From Anaeramoeba ignava BMAN (taxonomy: Eukaryota; Protista; Anaeramoebae): a stretch of DNA of 64,000 nucleotides. The stretch spans positions 124,001 to 188,000 of the forward strand of contig JAPDFW010000056.1 in NCBI GenBank assembly GCA_028826165.1, written 5' to 3'. Both the position numbers and the translations under genes were made by a program. The notes under the pieces are model-generated. The model was not told the origin of the DNA. It saw nothing but the letters and a program-made list of their open reading frames with translations, and did no database searches. Shown here one piece after another: positions 56,147 through 64,000 of the stretch. Position 1 is the stretch's first letter. Each line of letters begins with the position of its first letter.

Positions 56147-56320
56147 ATTTTAATTCTTATTTTTAATTCTAATTCAAATTCAATAAAATTATTTTTTTTC
56201 CAAATTAAATTAAAATCAAAGTTAAAAATGGATTTGTTTCTTATTTATTGATTTGAAAAATTTCATTTTATTAAAAGTAAATGAAAAAAAAAGTTTGATT
56301 TTCTTATTATTAATTAATTT

Positions 56321-57940
56321 TTAAATGAAATAAGTTTCAACTTCATCAACAACCCATGAATTAAAAGAACCAGCTAAATAACTTTTACCTTCATTTGTAT
56401 TATAAGTAATTCCATTAGGTAGATTATAACTATAACCAATATTTGAATAACCAGGTTGTAAATTAGAAGATAACCAAAAATCATTTCCATAAGTTCCATC
56501 ACCAAACATTGGACCATAACTTAAACCAGAATAAATTGCATGACTTTGTTTATATGTAAACTTTGCAGGTATTCTATCTCCTTTATCATTTCTTAATGAA
56601 AAAATAAATGCATTTGAATCATTAATTCTTCCTGTATCTCCATTAAATCCAACTTGAGTAAAACCTCCAAAAATAAAATTATCTGTTGTTTTGATAATAA
56701 CTAATGTTTTTCCTTTCCCATCAACTGCTTTATGCCAATTTTGAGAATTAAATCCATTTTTTTTTGCTGAAAATCCTTTTTTCATTTTAGAAAAAAAATC
56801 ATTATCATTTATCCATTCTTGTAATTTCTTAACATATTCTTCTTCTATAATAATTCTTGTTTCTGAAAATTGAGGAAAATTCTTTTTGATTGGTTCCAAT
56901 TTCTTTTCATATTCCAAATCTTTTTGATATTGATCTCCATATTTATCAAAAATAGGTTTCATTTTCTCAATCTCTTTCTTCCATTTCTCTTCCATTTCAA
57001 TTTTCATTTGTTGATTTTCTTTCTCTTTGTTTTCAATTTCTTTGTTTTTATCTTCAATTTCTTTCTTCCATTTCTCTTCAATTTCCTTTTGATTATCTTG
57101 AATAACTTTGTTTTGAATATCAACTAAAAAAGATTTAGGAAAAAAATCAAATTGTTTTAATTTATCAAAATCTTGTTTTGAAATTGAATCTTTATCAAAT
57201 AATGAAAAAAAAGAATGAAATAATCTTTTCTTTGAATTCATTTTGTGTTCATATTTCCTTAATTTTAATTTTTTATTTCTTTTTTCAATCCAATTATTTA
57301 AAAATTGAAAAAAATCAAATTGAAAAATTTCTTTTTTTTGTTGTTTAAATTGAATAAATTTGATAATTTCTTCTTTAGTTAAATTGAATAAATTCTCATT
57401 ATTTTGAATTTGGGAAAAATTTTGATTTATTAATTCAAAACATTTTATTTCAATTTCATTTGAATTTAAATTTCGATTTTGGAATAAAAATTGGAAAAAA
57501 TTTGAATAATTAATTGAATTTAAGATTTTTTTTTGAATAAATTCTTTCAATAAATTTAATTTAAAATAAATTGAAATTTCCAATAATTGAATAAGATTTT
57601 CTTTATTCTCAAAAGAAATATTTCCATAATAAATATAACTCAAAATTGATTCCATTTCTTTTTTATTAAATTGATTTAAAGAAATAGAAAGAGATTCTTG
57701 CCTTAATGATTCATTAAAAAAAGGAGATCTTGAAGATAAAATTGATTTATGAACTTTAATTTCAAAAGGATTTGATTTATTCTCAACAAAAATTGAAAAA
57801 TCTTTAAATGAATTTCCATTTAAAAGGTTTGAATAATCTTTAATTAAATTTTTTGTTACTTTTTTTTCTAAATTTTTCATTTCATTTTGATTTTGATTTT
57901 GATTTGCATTTTGAATTTGGTTATTATTATTGTTATCCAT
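56321..57940 (-). CDS. BTB/POZ + BACK-like + coiled coil + TLDc protein, intronless
   Basis: FKDFSI...VHKSILSSRSPFF (BTB); KKGFSAKKNGF...WHKAVDGKGKTLVIIKT...IFGGFT...AFIFSL...YGPMFG...YLAG...VDEVETY (TLDc). Confidence 0.93.
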   Translation of the reverse strand: MDNNNNNQIQNANQNQNQNEMKNLEKKVTKNLIKDYSNLLNGNSFKDFSIFVENKSNPFEIKVHKSILSSRSPFFNESLRQESLSISLNQFNKKEMESILSYIYYGNISFENKENLIQLLEISIYFKLNLLKEFIQKKILNSINYSNFFQFLFQNRNLNSNEIEIKCFELINQNFSQIQNNENLFNLTKEEIIKFIQFKQQKKEIFQFDFFQFLNNWIEKRNKKLKLRKYEHKMNSKKRLFHSFFSLFDKDSISKQDFDKLKQFDFFPKSFLVDIQNKVIQDNQKEIEEKWKKEIEDKNKEIENKEKENQQMKIEMEEKWKKEIEKMKPIFDKYGDQYQKDLEYEKKLEPIKKNFPQFSETRIIIEEEYVKKLQEWINDNDFFSKMKKGFSAKKNGFNSQNWHKAVDGKGKTLVIIKTTDNFIFGGFTQVGFNGDTGRINDSNAFIFSLRNDKGDRIPAKFTYKQSHAIYSGLSYGPMFGDGTYGNDFWLSSNLQPGYSNIGYSYNLPNGITYNTNEGKSYLAGSFNSWVVDEVETYFI

Positions 57941-58014
57941 TTTGTTTTTTGTGTTTTTTTGTTTTGTGTTTGTTGTTTTTTGTTTTTTTTAAAAAAAAAG
58001 GAAAAAAATGAAAA

Positions 58015-59650
58015 AATTTTTAATTATAATTAATTTATTATTTTGCAATAAAATTAATTAAGAAATAATTTTAAAAAAGAATTTATTATTAATATTAAAT
58101 TAATATTATTAAAAATAAAAAGATAAATTTAATTAAAATATTTTATTTATTAATTTACTTAATTTTTAATAATAATTAATTTATTATTTTGCAATAAAAT
58201 TTATCAAAAAATGATTTAAAAAATTTTATTTATTTTTTTCATTTTTTTCATTTTTTTTTTTAATTAAAAAATTAAAAGAAAAAGAAAAATCAAATAAAAA
58301 TTTCAAAAACAAAATTATAAAAAAATAAAGAGAAAATGCTAATTAAAAATGTAAAATAATTTATTTATATAATTTATAAAAACAATTTTTAATAATAATT
58401 AATTATTAAAATGATTTAAAAATAAATATAAATTTTAAAAATAAAAATAATTAAATTAATTTAATTTTATTAAAAAAAAAAAAATAAATTTAATTAAAAT
58501 AATATTAAATAATAATATTTAACTAATTTTAAATTATTAACTTATTTTGAAATAAAATTAATAAAAATAAAAAATAATTTTATTATTTATTTTTATTATT
58601 AAATTAATAATAAAAATATTTAAATTTAATTAAAATATTAAATTTTTAATAAAAATAAAAAATAATAAAAATTAAATTATAAAATGTAAAATAATTTATT
58701 TATACAATTTATAAAAAGATTTTATTATTTATTTTCCTTATTAAAAATAAAAATAAAGAAATAAATTTGAAATATTTTAGATAAATATTTACTTAATTTT
58801 TAATTATAATTAATTTATTATTTTGTAATAAAATTAATTAAGAAATGATTTTAAAAAGAATTTATTATCTAAATTAATTCAAAATTATTTAAAAATAAAG
58901 AAATAATTTAAATTAAAAAATTAGATAAATATTTTACTTAATTTTTAATAATAATTAATTTAATATTTTGCAATAAAATTAATTAAGAAATAATTTTAAA
59001 AAAGAATTTATTATTAATATTAAATTAATATTATTAAAAATAAAAAGATAAATTTAATTAAAATATTTTATTTAAAAATTTTATTTAATTTTTAATTATA
59101 ATTAATTTATTATTTTGCAATAAAATTTATCAAGAAATAATTTAAAAATTTTATTTTTTTTTTTCATTTTTTTTTTAATTAAAAATTAAAAAGAAAAAGA
59201 AAAATCAAATAAAAATTCCAAAAACAAAATTATAAAAAAAAATAAAGAGAAAATGCTAATTAAAATGTAAAATAATTTATTTATATAATTTATAAAAAGA
59301 ATTTATTATTAATATTAATTCAAAAATGATTTAAAAAATAAATATAAATTTAAATAAAAATAAATTTAATTAATTTAATTTCATTTCCAAAAAAATAAAA
59401 TAATATTAACTAATATTAAATAATAATATTTAACTAATTTTAAAGTATAACTTATTTTGAAATAAATTAATAATATAGAATATAATTTTATTATTTATTT
59501 TAATTAAATTATTAATAAAATATTTTAATCAATTTTAGTATAAATTTAATCAAAAATAAAATAATAAAAATTAAAATTAAAATGTAAAATAATTTATTTA
59601 TACAATTTATAAAAAGATTTTATTATTTAAATTAATTCAAAATTTATTTC
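58015..59650. repeat. Higher-order AT-rich repeat: ~920-bp duplication made of diverged ~140-180 bp monomers
   Basis: Matching blocks at 58021/58945, 58280/59195, 58520/59433 and 58681/59580. Confidence 0.8.
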
Positions 59651-59889
59651 AAATTAAAAATAGAGATGTTAAAAATAATAACGAAGAAATTAAAACTGAA
59701 GAAATATTTAGATTTTATTATTAAAGAAAATTTCAAATTTTTTGCTTCAAGAATGTTCTGAAATTGCTGATTCTATCCAAGAAACAATTACTACAAAATT
59801 TTAGAAAATTGATGATGGTTATTATCCAATAGTAAATTATTTTAATTTTAATTTTGATTTTGATTTTGATTTTGATTTTATTAAGGAAA

Positions 59890-62445
59890 TCTTAAGTGAG
59901 ATTGCATGTTTCTTGAAAAATAAGAAATGAAAAAAAATAAAAAATAAGAAAAGAAAAGTAAGTAGAACACCTCATTTTTCGATTATATTTAGTCACTCTC
60001 TGTTGAGTTTTCCATCCTGAGTTGATACCCATTTCTTGTTGTCTTGCTAAAAATAGGTATTTTTGAATAATTTTCAAGTTTTGATTTTCCCATATTTGAT
60101 CATTTCTTTCTCTCTCATTTGTGAAGATGGGAAGATCTAAGATTAGGAATTCTGAGTTTGGCTTTACATTTGATTCTTTCATCTTTGGGCAGAATGAACG
60201 CAACAGTATTTGAAAGAGAATTTAAAAAATTTTTGTAAATCAATGGTTGATTTGATGCCTTTAAACGTGACCTTCATATGTGCTATGTCACCGAAATGTT
60301 GGTCACAATGACTTTTTCCAATGATAACTAATGAAAAAAGAAATTTTGATGGATCGGAACAAAGAAGAAAATGAACAAATCATTTCGGAAACTACGACAT
60401 TATTTTTAATTGATCCTCCACCATCCGCAAAAACAGCAAGTTTCTTAGAAGAAAAAGCTTCCTTATGAGGGTGAAATTTAAAAACTTCCTGTTGGAATTT
60501 TATTATCGAATCTCTAACAAATTCTTGGTTCTAAAAAGAAATTAATTAGTGAAAAAACAAATAATTTTTATAAATAGATCTTACTTTTGTTGTATTCTCT
60601 GAGAGAAAATCGAAATAAGTTAATTGATCTTCACCCATTAATGTGAAATTTAATAAAGCTCAAGATTTGGCTTTCTTGAAAGTTTACAGAAAAATTAACG
60701 ATCAAAACAACCACATCAAGATCCGCTACTTGCTTGTAAAAGTTCCGCATTTTCTTCACTTTTCTTAGGTGTCTCTTTTTTTATGTGCGTTCGAACAGAG
60801 GGGACAAATAAAAAATAATTGTGAACCATGCTTGAAACTGAAATTAGTTTTCACAATTGAACAAAAAAGAGAATATGAAATGAATTTTTTATTTTGTTAA
60901 AGTGGAATGAAAAACTGGAACATTTTTTCTTCCATAAAAATTAATCGAACAAAAAGTTTCCAAAATTTCAAAAATGAAAAGAATCATTTGATCTTTTGGA
61001 TTTAAATCAACGAGTTCTAATTTTGATAGTATTTTTAACTTGCCTGACAGATTTGTTTGATGTTTATTCGAATTTAAGTGCCGGATCAATTAGATCTATT
61101 CTTCTGAAACAACCAGAAAAGTCTGCAAAACCCAAAATGGCTGTGAAATCCAACAAAGCATCAATTTCTCGCGGTCTGGAATCTCTCATATAATATCTTT
61201 TCTAAGTTTTGCTATTCTTTTCACTTCTGTCCAATAATTTGTTCTACTTTGATTACCTATTTCTATTCCTCTCATAGTATCTCTCCACCTTTTCCTCAAA
61301 GCTTGCTTCCAATCATATTTACTTTTTGAGTCAAATCCTGTTAAATTAATTCCAATCTTCAGTTTTTGTATCTATATGAATGAGACTTCTTAAATTTTTC
61401 TTTTATATTTTTAATTGTTGGAATACCGAGAATCGATTCCTAAGATGAATTTGTTTTCCTAATTCTTCCATTATTATATCTTGGGATTGTTGTTTTGTTG
61501 GTTGATAGTATTCTTTTCTTTATTTTGATGTAAATCTGTTTCAATATACTTTTGCAATTTAGATTCGGAGCGTATTGTTAAAACTTTGTTACATGTCTTA
61601 CAGAAGATTTGATTGCCGACAATTTTGAAGTTTATTCTTTGTGAGATTATTTGTTGTAAGGGTGATGACATGTTCACATTTCCATAATATCGTGTGCATT
61701 CCATTGTTATAAAACTTCCTTCTTTTTTTGCTTTATTTTCTTGAACAAAACATAAAAATTGGTTATAACAAAATTCTGAGTCTATTTTCACTTTTTTGTT
61801 ATTGATAAAATACTAAGCCATCAATTTTTTTTCTTTTCCAAAAACTTGTTTCAGATTTTGTTCAAATTCTTGAAATGTATCTGGGATTTTGAATGCTGAA
61901 AAATCGTCTTGAAAAGAAATACCTACTTCTGGAGCTATAGAATATGCTCTGTTTCGATTTTTGATTTTTGATTTTTGATTTTTGATTTTTGATTTTTGAT
62001 TTTTGATTTTTGATTTTTGATTTTTGATTTTTGATTTTTGATTTTTGATTTTTGATTTTTGATTTTTGATTTTTGATTTTTGATTTTTGATTTTTGATTT
62101 TTGATTTTTGATTTTTGATTTTTGATTTCGAATTAGATTTTGTTGATGTTGAATTTGTTGATGTTGAATTGGATTCTGTTGATGTTGAATGTTTTGATTT
62201 TGATTTTGATTTTGTTGATGTTGAATTTGTTGATGCTGATTTTATTGATTTTGTTGATGTTGAATTGGATTCTGTTGATTTTGATTTTGATTTTGATTTT
62301 GATTTTGATTTTGATTTTGATTTTGATTTTGATTTTGATTTTAATATCATGTGAATTTGCGGAATTTTTTGATATGTCTCTTCATCTGTGTGAATTAAAA
62401 GTTGTGAATTTGTTTCTATTTCTTTTTGACTTCCCATCATCACAA
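59890..62445 (-). mobile_element. Decayed Sola-like DDD transposase with N-terminal C2H2-type zinc fingers and a spliceosomal intron (60584-60531)
   Basis: Across frameshifts: CKTCNKVL...LH; IRHLNSNKH; SYSLFCSIVKTNFSFK...ICPLC; VVLIVNFSVNF; YFDFLSENTTK|NQEFV; AVFADGGGSIKN; FFISYH/GKSHCDQHFG. Confidence 0.72.
61955..62345. repeat. (TTTTTGA)n heptamer followed by (TTTTGA)n and GTTGATGTTGAAT-type repeats
   Basis: Directly visible. Confidence 0.93.
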
Positions 62446-62564
62446 CAAAAAAATGAAAATAATGAAAATAAAAATATTTTTGTTTTTTTTGGAAATTAAA
62501 TTTATATAAAAAATAAGAATAAATTTAAATTAATAATTAATTTAATTTTCTTTTTTATTTATTA

Positions 62565-63165
62565 TTTTAAATTAATTTATAAATTAAATATTAATTTAAA
62601 TCTATTCTTATTTTTTATATTTATATGTTAAATATTTAAATAATAAAATACTTAAATCTAAAACAATAAATTATTATTTTAATAATAGAATTAAATACTA
62701 AATTATATTTTTAAATTAATTTATAAATTGAATATTAATTTAAATCTATTTTCATTTTTTATATTTATATGTTTAATATTTAAATAATAAAATATTTAAA
62801 TCTAAAACAATAAATTATTATTTTAATAATAAAATTAAATACTAAATTATATTTTTAAATTTAATTTATTTAAATTAAATATAAAATTTAAATTAAATTA
62901 TATTTTCATTTTTCATTTTTATATTTTAATTTTTATATTTATATGTTAAATATTTAAATAATAAAATATTTAAATATAAAACAATAAATTAATATTTTAA
63001 TAATAAAATTAAATACTAAATTATATTTTTAAATTAATTTATAAATTAAATATTAAATTAAATCTATTCCCATTTTTATATTTATATGTTAAATATTTAA
63101 ATAATAAAATATTTAAATCTAAAACATTAAATTATTATTTTAATAATAAAATTAAAATTAAAATT
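62565..63165. repeat. Four tandem copies of a ~143-170 bp AT-rich unit
   Basis: TATATTTATATGTTAAATATTTAAATAATAAAATA...AAAACAATAAATT recurs at about 62616, 62760, 62935 and 63077. Confidence 0.9.
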
Positions 63166-63292
63166 AAAATTAAAATTAAAATTAAAATGTTTCAAATGGA
63201 TTTGTCTCTTATTTATTGATTTGAAAAATTTCATTTGATTGAAAGTAAATGAAAATTAAAAAAAGTTTGATTTTCTTATTATTAATTAATTT

Positions 63293-64000
63293 TTAAATGA
63301 AATATGTTTCAACTTCATCAACAACCCATGAATTATGAGAACCAGCTAAATAGCTTTTACCAGAATCTGTACCAAAAGTAATTCCATCAGGTGGGTTGTA
63401 AACCCAACCAATATTTGAATGACCACCTCTTAAATCATATTTTAAATAGAAATCTGGATGTCCACTTCCAAACAATGGGCCATAATTAATGTAAGAATGT
63501 ATTGCCAAATGTTCTTTTCCTTGTTGAATAGGAAACTTGTGTGGTTTTCTATCCCCTTGACTATTTCTTAATGAAAAAATAAAAGCATTGGGATCATTAA
63601 TATCTCCTCCTTCTTTGGGTGAATGAACTTTAATCCATTTTGATTTATCATTTGTAAATCCAACTTGAGTAAAACCTCCAAAAATAAAATTATCTTTTGT
63701 TTTGATAATAACTAATGTTTTTTCTTTATCATCAACTGCTTTATGCCAAGTTTTAGAATCAAATCCATCTCTTTTTGCTGAAAATCCTTTTTTCATTTTA
63801 GAAAAAAAATCATTATCATTTATCCATCCTTGTACTTTCTTAACATACTTAAAATCTTGAATGATTGTTGAATCTAATTTAAATCTTGATTTGAAAATGA
63901 ATGAATTTTCTTTTTCAATTAATTCTTTGAATACTTTTTCATTTTTTTGAGATAATAAAAAATGAGTTAATTTTATAAACATTTCATTTGGAATTAAATC
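63293..64000 (-). CDS. TLDc-domain protein, paralog of 56321-57940; 5' part probably beyond the window
   Basis: WINDNDFFSKMKKGFSAK...KTLVIIKT...IFGGFTQVGF...SYLAGSHNSWVVDEVETYFI. Confidence 0.9.
   Translation of the reverse strand, partial: DLIPNEMFIKLTHFLLSQKNEKVFKELIEKENSFIFKSRFKLDSTIIQDFKYVKKVQGWINDNDFFSKMKKGFSAKRDGFDSKTWHKAVDDKEKTLVIIKTKDNFIFGGFTQVGFTNDKSKWIKVHSPKEGGDINDPNAFIFSLRNSQGDRKPHKFPIQQGKEHLAIHSYINYGPLFGSGHPDFYLKYDLRGGHSNIGWVYNPPDGITFGTDSGKSYLAGSHNSWVVDEVETYFI

Overview
Extremely AT-rich, intron-rich eukaryotic DNA using the standard genetic code and GT-AG introns. The RCC1-BTB and BTB-TLDc expansions, the NQNQ/ENEN/SKSK tracts and a TCATTT initiator-like motif suggest an anaerobic metamonad such as Anaeramoeba (inference, not tested). 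The window holds about 18 protein genes or gene copies: a tandem-PH-like protein (5'-truncated), profilin, a Tat-SF1-like protein, a GDP-fucose-transporter-like protein, an FHA kinase, a DOCK GEF, a GCK-III STE20 kinase, CCT6, a PABPN1-like protein, a coiled-coil protein, four tandem RCC1-BTB copies, an ankyrin-RasGEF, a RhoGAP, Kae1/OSGEP and two TLDc genes. It also holds decayed DNA transposons: a pogo DD35D element and a Harbinger/ISL2EU-like HTH fragment inside a Kae1 intron, and an intron-containing Sola-like element. Most notable: (1) the intronless RCC1-BTB array has hypervariable propeller loops, a near-constant BTB module and mosaic recombination, resembling an immune-like repertoire of Cullin-3 adaptors, and the TLDc genes show a similar pattern; (2) nearly every long intron is filled with its own locally seeded tandem repeat lacking AG/GT on the sense strand; (3) exons show an A-to-T gradient at synonymous sites. 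Several single-base frameshifts and the noisy 28-31.7 kb stretch are probably assembly errors.
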